Assembly: GCA_031426555.1 (NCBI GenBank)
Contig: JANPLN010000069.1
Span: 1-51,729, forward strand
Direction of reading: 5' to 3'
From: Bdellovibrionales bacterium
GTDB lineage: Bacteria; Bdellovibrionota; Bdellovibrionia; Bdellovibrionales; JAGQZY01
DNA length: 51,729 nucleotides
Made by a program: the position numbers and the translations under genes. Below, piece by piece: positions 1 through 9,092 of the stretch. The notes beneath the pieces were generated by a model. It was not told the DNA's origin and did not search any database. It was given only the letters and a program-made list of their open reading frames with translations. The first letter of the stretch is position 1, and every line of letters begins with the position of its first letter.

Positions 1-1182
1 CCAAACTCACAGCTGGGTCAGTTTTTCGGCTCAGGCGTTGGCGGCGGAACAAATAATAACAGCACCAACAACAATGTTCTCAGTGATAACCAACAAGCCG
101 ATATGATTGCGGTGAACGAGCTCTATCTGACCTTCGTTCAAGAGTTTGGTGTGCTCACGGTAGGTCGCGCACCATTGCAGTTCGGTTTAGGAATGTCGTA
201 CAACGCGGGGACCGGCGCTTTTGATCACTGGTTTGATAACCGCGACATGGTGGCCTACAAAATGTCTTTCGGAAACCTTACCTTCACACCGATGATGGCC
301 AAAGTGGTCGAGGGCGAATTGGGTTACGAGGACGACATCGACGACTTCATGGTGCAGGTCATGTACGAGAATCCTGATACAGAATTAAAATTGGGAGCGA
401 TGTACAGAATTCGCCATGCCGGTCGCTACGGAAATTCAGCTCCAGGGGCTCCCGTGTTTGGTGACGGCGCTGCCACGGTCCCGGCATCTGCCGGTTTCAA
501 AGGCGAGTATCTCAATCTCTTTTTCTCGCGCTGGGTGGGTGAGTCTTTCAAGATTGGTTTGGAAGCGTCCACACAAAAAGGTGAAACAGGTGTTATATCA
601 AGTCTTGGAACTGTCAGTATGGATGCCTACGGTGTGGCATTGGAAATTGATTGGATTCCCAAAGCGTCTTCGTTCCATGCGGGGCTTAAAGCTGGGATAG
701 CTAGCGGCGATGACGCCGGCACGGTGAATAACTACGAAGGCTTTATGTTTGATCGCAACTACGACGTTGCGTTCTTATTATTTAATCATCCGCTCGGCAG
801 ATTTGATTTATTCAGAACCGCGGGCAATCGTCCGCAAGCCACTGGCGTTGAGACATCCTATCCATCTTTCCGCGCCGACGAAGAAACCATCAGTAATGTG
901 ATGTATGTTTCTCCACACTTTAAGTACAAGTGGTCCGATACATTAGATTCACAATTGGGATTGACATATGCCCAGCTCAATAGCGATCCTATTCAAGGGA
1001 CATCCGTGGATAAAGCTGTAGGGTTTGAGGTAGACATCACTCTTAACTATAAGCCCTACGAGAATGTTCAGTGGGTGAATCGTTTTGGAGTTTTTGCTCC
1101 TGGAGCGGCCTTCGAAGCCGGCGGCCAGAACGACCCCAAAACTGTTTATGGTTTAGAGACTAAAGCCGCTATTACATTTTAG
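1..1182 (+). CDS. Outer-membrane beta-barrel protein (porin/alginate-export-like), 5'-truncated by the window
   Basis: Frame is open from base 1 (PNSQLGQFFG...); alternating amphipathic strands, GRAPLQFGLG motif, C-terminal Phe (KAAITF). Confidence 0.75.
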   Translation, partial: PNSQLGQFFGSGVGGGTNNNSTNNNVLSDNQQADMIAVNELYLTFVQEFGVLTVGRAPLQFGLGMSYNAGTGAFDHWFDNRDMVAYKMSFGNLTFTPMMAKVVEGELGYEDDIDDFMVQVMYENPDTELKLGAMYRIRHAGRYGNSAPGAPVFGDGAATVPASAGFKGEYLNLFFSRWVGESFKIGLEASTQKGETGVISSLGTVSMDAYGVALEIDWIPKASSFHAGLKAGIASGDDAGTVNNYEGFMFDRNYDVAFLLFNHPLGRFDLFRTAGNRPQATGVETSYPSFRADEETISNVMYVSPHFKYKWSDTLDSQLGLTYAQLNSDPIQGTSVDKAVGFEVDITLNYKPYENVQWVNRFGVFAPGAAFEAGGQNDPKTVYGLETKAAITF

Positions 1183-1231
1183 TACGACAGCAAGATAGCA
1201 TCGAGATATACATAAGAAAGCGGTTGCAGGG

Positions 1232-1262
1232 CCCCGGGAGTGAAAACTTCCGGGGTTTTTTA
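1232..1262 (+). terminator. Rho-independent terminator
   Basis: ccccgggag-tgaaaa-cttccgggg stem followed by a T-run, downstream of the barrel gene. Confidence 0.8.
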
Positions 1263-1277
1263 GTTTTAAAGACCCTC

Positions 1278-2000
1278 TTAGATGGCGACGGTGCCCGTGG
1301 TTCCCGTTGGAGTGCTGGTAGCCTCGGGAAGGCGCGGTCCGATAAAGTCATTGCTCAACGGAATCTCTGGCGAGCTATTGACGGTGCCGGTGCTATATTG
1401 CGGTGTGAATTCGAGAAGCGCATCGTTGTTCCAAGTGTTATTGGAAACAGCAAAAGAAGTTGGGAAAGCGTTCGCGGTGGAAACGTAATTTATATGCAGA
1501 ATATATTCTTTCAGCTCCACAATGCGAGCTTTTGACTCCGGTCGCAATCCCACTTGGATAGATAAATCTAAAAGGTTGATTTTCTTAAAGGCGTACATGC
1601 TGTTAGACCGACGTTGTCCCTCAATGCGTAACAGATTGTTTTGTTCTTGTTGAATGGCGTGCAAGAGTTGCGAAGAAGCATTGAGATAGTAGTTGATGTT
1701 GGGGTTGCTGTTTCGAAGGTTGAGATAATACTGCAAGCGCGCGCGCGCTACAGATGCTTGTTCGGAAAGGGCGATTTCGTGCTCTAAAAACCCTTTGTAG
1801 GTGTCTTCGATATTTTTCATGGAATACGGATTGGGTGAGTTGGTTGGGGCGGCGAGATCTCGAGGTGTGGGTGCCACGGGGCTGAGTTCTGCGCTACCAG
1901 AAAAGTTCGGATAGCTTGCAGGCTGCCTTTCATTCAGAGTCGTCTGAAAAAAGAACGTCAAAAGCGCGGCAAACAAAAAACCAGAATAGAAGTAGCGCAT
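1278..2000 (-). CDS. Secreted/membrane-anchored hypothetical protein with RxPAS motif
   Basis: 240-aa ORF, GGGGG RBS, N-terminal hydrophobic segment followed by RQPAS. Confidence 0.7.
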   Translation of the reverse strand: MRYFYSGFLFAALLTFFFQTTLNERQPASYPNFSGSAELSPVAPTPRDLAAPTNSPNPYSMKNIEDTYKGFLEHEIALSEQASVARARLQYYLNLRNSNPNINYYLNASSQLLHAIQQEQNNLLRIEGQRRSNSMYAFKKINLLDLSIQVGLRPESKARIVELKEYILHINYVSTANAFPTSFAVSNNTWNNDALLEFTPQYSTGTVNSSPEIPLSNDFIGPRLPEATSTPTGTTGTVAI

Positions 2001-2023
2001 AAAATCCCCCTAACATGTATCTA

Positions 2024-2039
2024 TTCAATTCCAGTGCCG
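2024..2039 (-). promoter_or_regulatory. Possible sigma-54 (-24/-12) promoter
   Basis: Minus strand CGGCAC-TGGAA-TTGAA about 25 nt upstream of the 2000 start; imperfect -12 element. Confidence 0.35.
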
Positions 2040-2207
2040 GACTAAGTGAAATATGCAGCTTATGACAGACAAGCACTGTCTGCAAATTAGACAGTGATCA
2101 ATTTCTTGGTCGCCGTGGAGGGCTCTCTTGCCGACGCCTTTCTCACATTGAGACAGATCTCAGAAAAGTCCATTGACGAACAAAGAAATATTTTTGTTAA
2201 TAGGAGA

Positions 2208-3509
2208 ATGAAAAATCAAGTTTCTGATCTTTTAAAAAATTCCCATTGGCGTCTGGGCTCTCTGTACTTTTCCTTTCCCGACGAAAACCATTCGCGGAAT
2301 TTTTTTGCCTTCGAAGCTTTAAAGCTGATTCAGCGCTATAAACAAAATAGCGTATTGATCGATCACCAGATCGGTCATCTCGTTTTGACGGAGCAAACTA
2401 AAAAACGCCTTGAGCTTGCAAAAAGTTCCGATCTCAAACAAGCCGAACTTTTTTCCAAGCTTCTTAAGTTTCTTGATTTTGAAGATATTAAAATGGACGA
2501 GCTCTTAACCTACCTTCAGCATCGCCCCGGACCAAGTGCCTTAAGTCCAAATTTTGACAACTCATTTCGCGATTGGTGTTGGGGTCAGGAGGAAATCAAT
2601 CTGTATTCGGACTCGTTGCAAAAAGTTTTAGGCGGGCAAGAGGGCTTCGAAAAAGTATTGTGTTTGGGTTCGGGGTCGGGTCGCTTGTGCTATGAGTTTT
2701 TTTTAAAAAACAAAGTCAGTTGGAGCGTTTTTGTCGATTTTAATCCCCTGCTTTTAAAAATTTCGGAACAAGTCATCCGCGGCGAGCATCTTCAGTTGTT
2801 CGAGGCACCCACGATTCCAAGCGAGCCGGGCCATTACAAAATTTTGCGAGAGCTCAAAGCACCGCAAGCCATTCAAAGTGGCATTGAGCATCTTGTGGCT
2901 GATGCACGAACCACTCTCTTTAAACCTAAAACCTTTTCCACGGTTTTAACTCCGTGGCTGATTGACGCCATCGATATGCCACTTCCCGATTTGATGGCGC
3001 TGATCAACTCCTACTTGGTTGTTGGTGGCCACTGGTTGAGCACGGGCCCATTGCATCTTGATAAAAAAGAATTAGCAGATCATTTTCTGAAAGAAGAAAT
3101 TATCGAATTCGCGCAGCAGGCGGGCTTTGAGCTCGTTGCCACTCACGACGTGATGGCGCCTTACATGAAGTCTGCGGAAAGCGGTTCCTACCGCATCGAA
3201 AGAGTGCACAGCTTCAATTTTAAAAAAATAAAAGATGTGGAGGTGAAAGATTTTAATCTCAATCATCTAGAGCCGAGTTGGTGGCAAAACGCCGACGAAA
3301 AAATTCAGCTGCCAATTGCCACACTGAATTTGGTGCGAGGACACGAGGTCAACGCCCATGTGCTTTCGCTGGTTGATGGTCAGCACAGTCTCAATCAGAT
3401 AGCCGCTGCCATGGCCAAGGATTTTGGTGGGGACATCGATAAAGTTCGCTATCTGTGTGCGCAGATTATAAAAAATGCCCTCATGTTAGCGCGCCAACAG
3501 ATTAGCTGA
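2208..3509 (+). CDS. Class I SAM-dependent methyltransferase, carnosine N-methyltransferase (N2227)-like, with C-terminal winged-helix-like domain
   Basis: RDWCWG, VLCLGSGSGRL, TPWLID and GGHWLSTGPL motifs; C-terminal LVDGQHSLNQIA; ATG 2208 preferred over the track start 2094. Confidence 0.7.
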   Translation: MKNQVSDLLKNSHWRLGSLYFSFPDENHSRNFFAFEALKLIQRYKQNSVLIDHQIGHLVLTEQTKKRLELAKSSDLKQAELFSKLLKFLDFEDIKMDELLTYLQHRPGPSALSPNFDNSFRDWCWGQEEINLYSDSLQKVLGGQEGFEKVLCLGSGSGRLCYEFFLKNKVSWSVFVDFNPLLLKISEQVIRGEHLQLFEAPTIPSEPGHYKILRELKAPQAIQSGIEHLVADARTTLFKPKTFSTVLTPWLIDAIDMPLPDLMALINSYLVVGGHWLSTGPLHLDKKELADHFLKEEIIEFAQQAGFELVATHDVMAPYMKSAESGSYRIERVHSFNFKKIKDVEVKDFNLNHLEPSWWQNADEKIQLPIATLNLVRGHEVNAHVLSLVDGQHSLNQIAAAMAKDFGGDIDKVRYLCAQIIKNALMLARQQIS

Positions 3510-5037
3510 GAATTTCGTTCAGTACGCGGCCACCGTAAACTCCAAAGTTGGGCAGGTTCACCCCAAAAGCCATGGCAAAGGTGCGATAAAAATCAGAGAG
3601 AGCATGAAAGTTCTTCCAACGTCCGTATTGAGAATACGTGGGATAGCGGATGTAATTGGCCTGGGCTTTCAGAGCCGGATTGGTTGACCAAATATAAATC
3701 GGTTGGCGTCCATTTGTTCCATTAAATCCATGGTGGTTTCCGCCCGAAGACATCCCTCTGTCGGAGAGAAAGATGACCGTTGTATTTGCCGGCATTACGC
3801 CGCGTTTTCCAGAAAGATTTTCCAGCATACGGGCTAGAAGACTCACGTAAAACTTAACGACTCGTTGATTGCCCTCTTTCCAAGCGGCATCGTAGCTGTG
3901 ATAGTTCCAATCAGCATTGTAAAAAGGATCAGTCCCAGAGGGAGAAACAACTCCCTCAAACCAGCGATTGTTAACCTTGGCATCCACATTTCGTCGGAAC
4001 CCGATATCAGTAGAATGTTTGCGCTCAACTCCCGACCCAATGCCCACCACGTTTGTGAGTCCACATTGGAGAGCGAGTGTCGCCCCGTCCACAAGTCCCA
4101 GGAGCTCGTCTTCCGGCGCCGAGCCCGCAGCGAGCGCCGATGGAGCGGAGGGTTTGCAACTGATGGAGGCTTCTGCCATTTTCTTTTTATCGTAAGTATC
4201 GAGAGAGGAGAGAAAGACATTTAATTTGTCTTTATATTCACTGGAAATATTTCGTTCTAAGTTCACAACATCGGTTTTTAAGGCATCCATCACCCGCAAG
4301 CGGCGCGCTGTTTTTACGCCGGCATCGGAGACAGAAAGATTCTTCCCATCGATAAAATCCTGGCCAAAGAGCTTTCGTTCCAAAGCCCGTGTCCGGGACA
4401 GATAAGGAACCGGACTGTTTGCGCCCGAGGCAAAACAGGCTAAAGTTTCTTCTGTGTAAGTTTTTTCCCAAGAGTAATCCGAATTGGCTAAACCCACCAA
4501 AACAGAGGAGTGTGTGACCCCTTGCCCACTTGGACCTCCGGCAATGATCTGATCAATCGTGGGACCATGGGGTATACTTGGATTGGCCTTCATCGCAACA
4601 GAATCCCCACCGGCTAACCCGCAGATCCCGTTGAGCCCTGCGTAGCGCATCCCATGTTGAACGACTCCAGGATCGGAATGCGCACCGTGAAAAACGCCCT
4701 CGACAACCAGAGAATTTTGAAAGAAGGGAGCCATTGGAGCCATTAATGTGGGCCAGTCGCCCGCTACCATTTTTGTGATTGGAATCGCGGTCGCGTTGCT
4801 GTAGTTCTTTCCCTGTTGAATATCAAAGTTTATTCCTTTGGGTAAAAATTCGCCGGCAGGATTTCCCATATAAGGTTGCGCATTCATATAGAATATTATG
4901 AGCTTTTGTTGTGAAACTGATTGAGCGTGAGCTTCGAGGAACAAGCGATCTAAAAAGGGATTAAAAACCAAAGCGCCGGCACCCACGCCTAAATGCTTTA
5001 AAAATAATCGACGATCTCTTTGAAGTTTAGACATCAC
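3502..5037 (-). CDS. DUF1552-family protein with Tat signal
   Basis: RRLFLK Tat motif, PTIDQIIA, ALQCGLTNV; overlaps the upstream DUF1592-type gene as is typical. Confidence 0.8.
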   Translation of the reverse strand: MMSKLQRDRRLFLKHLGVGAGALVFNPFLDRLFLEAHAQSVSQQKLIIFYMNAQPYMGNPAGEFLPKGINFDIQQGKNYSNATAIPITKMVAGDWPTLMAPMAPFFQNSLVVEGVFHGAHSDPGVVQHGMRYAGLNGICGLAGGDSVAMKANPSIPHGPTIDQIIAGGPSGQGVTHSSVLVGLANSDYSWEKTYTEETLACFASGANSPVPYLSRTRALERKLFGQDFIDGKNLSVSDAGVKTARRLRVMDALKTDVVNLERNISSEYKDKLNVFLSSLDTYDKKKMAEASISCKPSAPSALAAGSAPEDELLGLVDGATLALQCGLTNVVGIGSGVERKHSTDIGFRRNVDAKVNNRWFEGVVSPSGTDPFYNADWNYHSYDAAWKEGNQRVVKFYVSLLARMLENLSGKRGVMPANTTVIFLSDRGMSSGGNHHGFNGTNGRQPIYIWSTNPALKAQANYIRYPTYSQYGRWKNFHALSDFYRTFAMAFGVNLPNFGVYGGRVLNEILS

Positions 5038-6656
5038 TGTCCTCCTGCATCTACACGCTGAATCGCTTCGGGAGAAGACACCATTTTGATAATGACCTCT
5101 TTAAAGTTTCCGCCGTTTTTATCGTAAACGTCTATATAAGTTTGCAGCTGGCTAGCAGCAAGCCCAGGTCGAACAGAGCCTCCCAGCCAAAACTGTAGGG
5201 AGTGGGCCAAGAAACAAGCCTCCGTCGTTTGCGACGAGGCTAATTTTCGCATCATATCTTGATGGTTATTAAAATCACCATCTTGATCACCGGTCCCGTC
5301 CAAAGCCCCTTTGGCATCAACGGGTTGTCCGGCTTCGGTCACCCGATAGCGACCAAAATGATCAAAAAATTGATAGGCCAAACCTAGCGGATTCATTTTT
5401 GCGTGGCATTCATTGCAAGACTTGCTCGTAGTGATTTCCATTTTTTCTCGCAGAGTCATCGTATCGTCAATTGGCAAAGCCGGGATGGCATCGATTTCCC
5501 TTTTTGGGAGTTCTCCGCAAAGAATGCTTTCGCGAATGTAGAGACCGCGTCCGATGGCGTAGTTGTCGTCGTCTTTTGTAAAGTGAACAAGCCAACTCGG
5601 TTGCGTTAACAGGCCCACACGCTGGTCGGGAGCATCGCGGATTGTTTGCGTTGCGTAAGTTCCGGTAAGTCCATAAAACGGCGCACTCTTCGTCGAAACA
5701 GAGATCTTATTGGTAGACATGAGCTGTTTCCAAAAATCTTTGTCAGAGTTATTTTTCAAGAGATACTGCACAAGTGAATCGGTGTCCTTTACGGCCGCCG
5801 GGAAATCAAATTTTGGAAACTGCGCTAAATCTTTCGTCGAATCCATGGTCGAATAAAGAAAGTACTCTCTAAAAAACTTAAGAAGTTTACTATTCGTATC
5901 CAACTGCGAGAGGAGGCGTCGTGTTTGTTTTTCACGTTCAACCTCATCCAAAAGCGAATTGTTATCCGCGGCAAGCATAAGTTCCGCATCTGGGGGATTG
6001 TCGGTCAGCGTGTAAGCTAAAAAATTGGCGATTTCAAAAGATGTGAGTTTACCGGTGGAATCACCGACCTCTTGACGATACACCAAGCGCGGAGACATCA
6101 GCATTGCCACTAACATTCCCGTAAAAGCTTCTTGAGGTGAGGGAATATGAATATTTCCGTCTGTCAAAACTTTGTGATAGATCGCTAGCTCGGCTGGTGT
6201 GAGGTTGGAGTGGAATACCTTTTTACTCCAACTCGAAACCAAGCCATTCAAACACGAAGCTGAGGTATCGCCGAGGGATAAGCAGTTTTGTTTTGCTAAA
6301 AAAGTGGAGCTTGCAACTTTTCCGGCAACAAACTCCGCCATGGACCACGCTTTTTCGATATCCGAATCGGTAACGGTTACGAGAGTTTTGTCTGTGGAAA
6401 ATCTTGCCGGATTGGGTCGCTCAAAGGGACGGCTTAACGTTTTGAGCGAGGTCACATCTACCGAACTGACTAAAAACTTTTGCAGAGAATTTACATATTG
6501 GTCAGAATCAAGAGGAACAATTCTTTTCTCGAGAGAGAGTTTGGTTGTTTGCAGACTGTCTTCCGAGCTCAGCTGCGAAGACACTTTTGTGGTGAACGAG
6601 GGACCACAGTTTTGATAAAAAACCATGACCAGTAATACCGCCACCATGAACTTCAT
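5034..6656 (-). CDS. DUF1592/DUF1588/DUF1595-domain lipoprotein with a CxxCH motif
   Basis: FYQNCG lipobox-like N-terminus, MSPRLVYRQE, LTSFEIA..LAYTL..PPD, RVGLLTQ, RG..IRE.ILC, CNECH..MNPLG..F..FD..GRYR. Confidence 0.85.
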   Translation of the reverse strand: MKFMVAVLLVMVFYQNCGPSFTTKVSSQLSSEDSLQTTKLSLEKRIVPLDSDQYVNSLQKFLVSSVDVTSLKTLSRPFERPNPARFSTDKTLVTVTDSDIEKAWSMAEFVAGKVASSTFLAKQNCLSLGDTSASCLNGLVSSWSKKVFHSNLTPAELAIYHKVLTDGNIHIPSPQEAFTGMLVAMLMSPRLVYRQEVGDSTGKLTSFEIANFLAYTLTDNPPDAELMLAADNNSLLDEVEREKQTRRLLSQLDTNSKLLKFFREYFLYSTMDSTKDLAQFPKFDFPAAVKDTDSLVQYLLKNNSDKDFWKQLMSTNKISVSTKSAPFYGLTGTYATQTIRDAPDQRVGLLTQPSWLVHFTKDDDNYAIGRGLYIRESILCGELPKREIDAIPALPIDDTMTLREKMEITTSKSCNECHAKMNPLGLAYQFFDHFGRYRVTEAGQPVDAKGALDGTGDQDGDFNNHQDMMRKLASSQTTEACFLAHSLQFWLGGSVRPGLAASQLQTYIDVYDKNGGNFKEVIIKMVSSPEAIQRVDAGGQ

Positions 6657-6834
6657 TTTTTTGTACGTTCTCCAACCCACCATACCTAAGTAAGTATGCA
6701 AAAAATCTACCAAAAAAGCGTTTTCTTTTGAGAGGCGACATTCCCTATAGAGGCGATCAGGTGGGCTTCTCAATATAAGACGTCAACCGAGACGACAGTG
6801 ACCAAAAAATAGCAAAAAAGCGTGGAAAGCCTTT

Positions 6835-6990
6835 GACGGGACTCTATCGAGTTGTTTTTTTGGTGGGAGCCGGACTCACGGCTTAAGAAGTTTTGGCAGA
6901 TTAAAGAAAAACACTAAGACGGCTTTTTCCTGCAAGAGCACCTCGGTTCCGGGGTTTGAGTCCACCCCGTCCTTAGTGAGGTGCTCTTGT
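6835..6990. ncRNA. Putative structured RNA element of unknown class
   Basis: 12-bp stem 6933-6944/6978-6989, inner 6-bp stem 6950-6955/6964-6969, second hairpin 6868-6883 whose loop gactca is complementary to loop tgagtc; strand undetermined. Confidence 0.45.
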
Positions 6991-7089
6991 GATTCATAGA
7001 TATATCAAGGTGGTATCCATAATAGAAATTCATTCTTTTTATCTCGGCGATAAGCATGTCTTATATATGAAAAACCAAGGAAATCGGCT

Positions 7090-7692
7090 CTAGAAGCTGT
7101 TTTTAAGCCACCCAGTGACCGAAAAACGCTCGCGATTTGTAAAATTCACTTTATGGTAAATCCCACCACTCAAAAACACGACGAGGCGTCCAAAGTGCGG
7201 CAAAATACGCAAGGCTTCCTGGCTTGAATCCCTCTCCTCAAACAGCACAAGTTCGCCCCCATCGTTGGGTGCCCAATTCTTATTCAAATAGAGCACGAAC
7301 GAAATCTGTCGTGAGGAGTTTTTTTTAAACACGTCGATATGCTTTTCGTAATGCGCCAGGGGAGGATAAAAAGCATAGTGAACTTCGTACTGACTGAGTC
7401 CTAACAAAAGCTCGGGTCGAAGTTTTTGCAAAAATAAATCAAGCCAATCTGCAAATTTTTTTTCCTCGGGGGCGATTTTTGTGAAGTCCATCCAACGAAT
7501 AAAATCACCGCGAATTTCCTTTTGAATTTGCGTTTCAACGCCCTGTCCAATCTGGGCTTTTTTAAATTCGCTCAATTGTTTGTGGTTAAGGAGCTGAGAG
7601 AGTAAGTCATCACAAACATCGGCGGGCACCAGACTATCGCTCACATGCCAGCCCTTTTCTTTTAAATCCTGTACCAGCGGTTTTAAATCCAT
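7090..7692 (-). CDS. 2OG-Fe(II) oxygenase, prolyl-hydroxylase (SM-20/EGLN)-like
   Basis: IRGDFIRW, YEKHID (HxD), LYLNKNW..DGGEL, distal His and R.S.TGW; start set at ATG 7692. Confidence 0.85.
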   Translation of the reverse strand: MDLKPLVQDLKEKGWHVSDSLVPADVCDDLLSQLLNHKQLSEFKKAQIGQGVETQIQKEIRGDFIRWMDFTKIAPEEKKFADWLDLFLQKLRPELLLGLSQYEVHYAFYPPLAHYEKHIDVFKKNSSRQISFVLYLNKNWAPNDGGELVLFEERDSSQEALRILPHFGRLVVFLSGGIYHKVNFTNRERFSVTGWLKNSF

Positions 7693-7754
7693 GATTCTTT
7701 TATACACGGATGTCTGGACCTTGCCAAACGGCGTTCCAAGCTCATTATAAAAAA

Positions 7755-9092
7755 ATGGATAAAGAAAACACAAACCCAGCCACCCCAGACGACTCTCAAC
7801 CAGACGAGATTCAACCGGACGACATTCAACCGGACGACATTCAACCGGCAGACATTCAATCAGCAGACATTCAAAAAGAATTGCAAGATTTGGTGCAAAA
7901 AAAATTCGGCGGAATGGTGCAAGTGGTTTCCATGGAAACACTTCCCACTCCGGATAAAGAAATCGAGTCCACCACGCCTCCTCCTAAAAAATATAATTTC
8001 GAGTTTAACTATACTCCAAAACAAATCGTTGAGGAGTTGGATCAAACCATTATTGGGCAGCTGGAGGCCAAAAAAGCATTGGCGCTGGCTGTGTGCGATC
8101 ATTACCGCCATATCCACGCCGAGCAAGAGGGCGACCTGATGGGGCATTATCAAAAACAGAATGTTCTTTTGTTGGGGCCCACAGGAGTCGGTAAGACGTT
8201 TCTTGTTCGCTCCATTGCAAAAATGATTGGTGTGTCGTTTGTAAAAGCCGATGCCACACGCTTTAGCGAAGTGGGCTATATGGGCGCCAACGTGGATGAT
8301 ATCATTCGCGATCTTGTTCAGCAGGCCAAGGGCGATTTGCGCCTCGCCGAAAATGGAATTGTGTACGTGGACGAAGTGGATAAAATCGCTTCCAGTCCTG
8401 GTCGAATGGGTCGGGATGTGAGTGGGCGAGGAGTTCAATTTGGCTTTTTGCGTTTGCTCGAAGACGCGGATGTGGACATCAATAGCTCCCACGACATCGC
8501 TTCGCAGTTTAGAACTTTTATGAACTTTCAAAAAAAAGGCGGGCTCCAAAAAGAAGTTGTGCGAACTAAAAATATTCTTTTTATTTTTAGCGGAGCTTTT
8601 CCAGAACTTGTCCCAATTATCAAAAAACGTCTATCCGACTCGCAGATCGGTATTAACACCAAAGTGCGTGGGGCAGCCTCCGAGGATTCGTCGGCCTTTC
8701 TTCCGCAAGTCCTAAGTGAAGATCTGGTACAGTTTGGTTTTGAGCAAGAGTTTATCGGGCGCTTGCCAGTGGTCACGTCTTGCTCGTCGCTCACTGTGGA
8801 AGAACTTTTTAAAATTCTTAAGGAATCTCAAGCTTCCATCATCCATCAGTACATTCGCAGTTTTCGTCATTACGGAATCACCCTTAAATTTTCTGATGCG
8901 GCCCTTCGACTGATTGCTGCGCAAGCGCAAAAACAAAATACCGGGGCTCGGGCCTTAGTGAAAGTTTGCGAAAGCCTCCTCCGTGATTTTAAGTACGAGC
9001 TTCCCGAGTCGAACTTTCAGTCCACTCTCGAGGTCACTCCCGAAATGGTTGCAAATCCGAAAGGTTTTTTGCAATACATCCTGGGGTACTGA
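7755..9092 (+). CDS. ClpX-like AAA+ unfoldase lacking the N-terminal zinc-binding domain
   Basis: [12 protein letters not shown] pore loop, [30 protein letters not shown]. Confidence 0.88.
   Translation: MDKENTNPATPDDSQPDEIQPDDIQPDDIQPADIQSADIQKELQDLVQKKFGGMVQVVSMETLPTPDKEIESTTPPPKKYNFEFNYTPKQIVEELDQTIIGQLEAKKALALAVCDHYRHIHAEQEGDLMGHYQKQNVLLLGPTGVGKTFLVRSIAKMIGVSFVKADATRFSEVGYMGANVDDIIRDLVQQAKGDLRLAENGIVYVDEVDKIASSPGRMGRDVSGRGVQFGFLRLLEDADVDINSSHDIASQFRTFMNFQKKGGLQKEVVRTKNILFIFSGAFPELVPIIKKRLSDSQIGINTKVRGAASEDSSAFLPQVLSEDLVQFGFEQEFIGRLPVVTSCSSLTVEELFKILKESQASIIHQYIRSFRHYGITLKFSDAALRLIAAQAQKQNTGARALVKVCESLLRDFKYELPESNFQSTLEVTPEMVANPKGFLQYILGY
7785..7874 (+). repeat. 6 x 15-bp in-frame tandem repeat (PDDIQ-like pentapeptide)
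   Basis: ccagacgactctcaa / ccagacgagattcaa / ccggacgacattcaa x2 / ccggcagacattcaa / tcagcagacattcaa. Confidence 0.95.

Noticed and set aside
6860..6990. 6S RNA or c-di-GMP riboswitch
   Set aside because: Only a short gggagccgg resemblance; no long closing rod, usual gene context or GEMM consensus
7693..7941. N-terminal extension of the 2OG oxygenase with VECRP repeats
   Set aside because: It is the antisense reading of the ClpX-like repeat; the real start is probably 7692
7860..8549. 229-aa minus-strand ORF and the many other short ORFs nested in or antisense to long genes
   Set aside because: Shadow ORFs of well-supported genes with no motifs of their own
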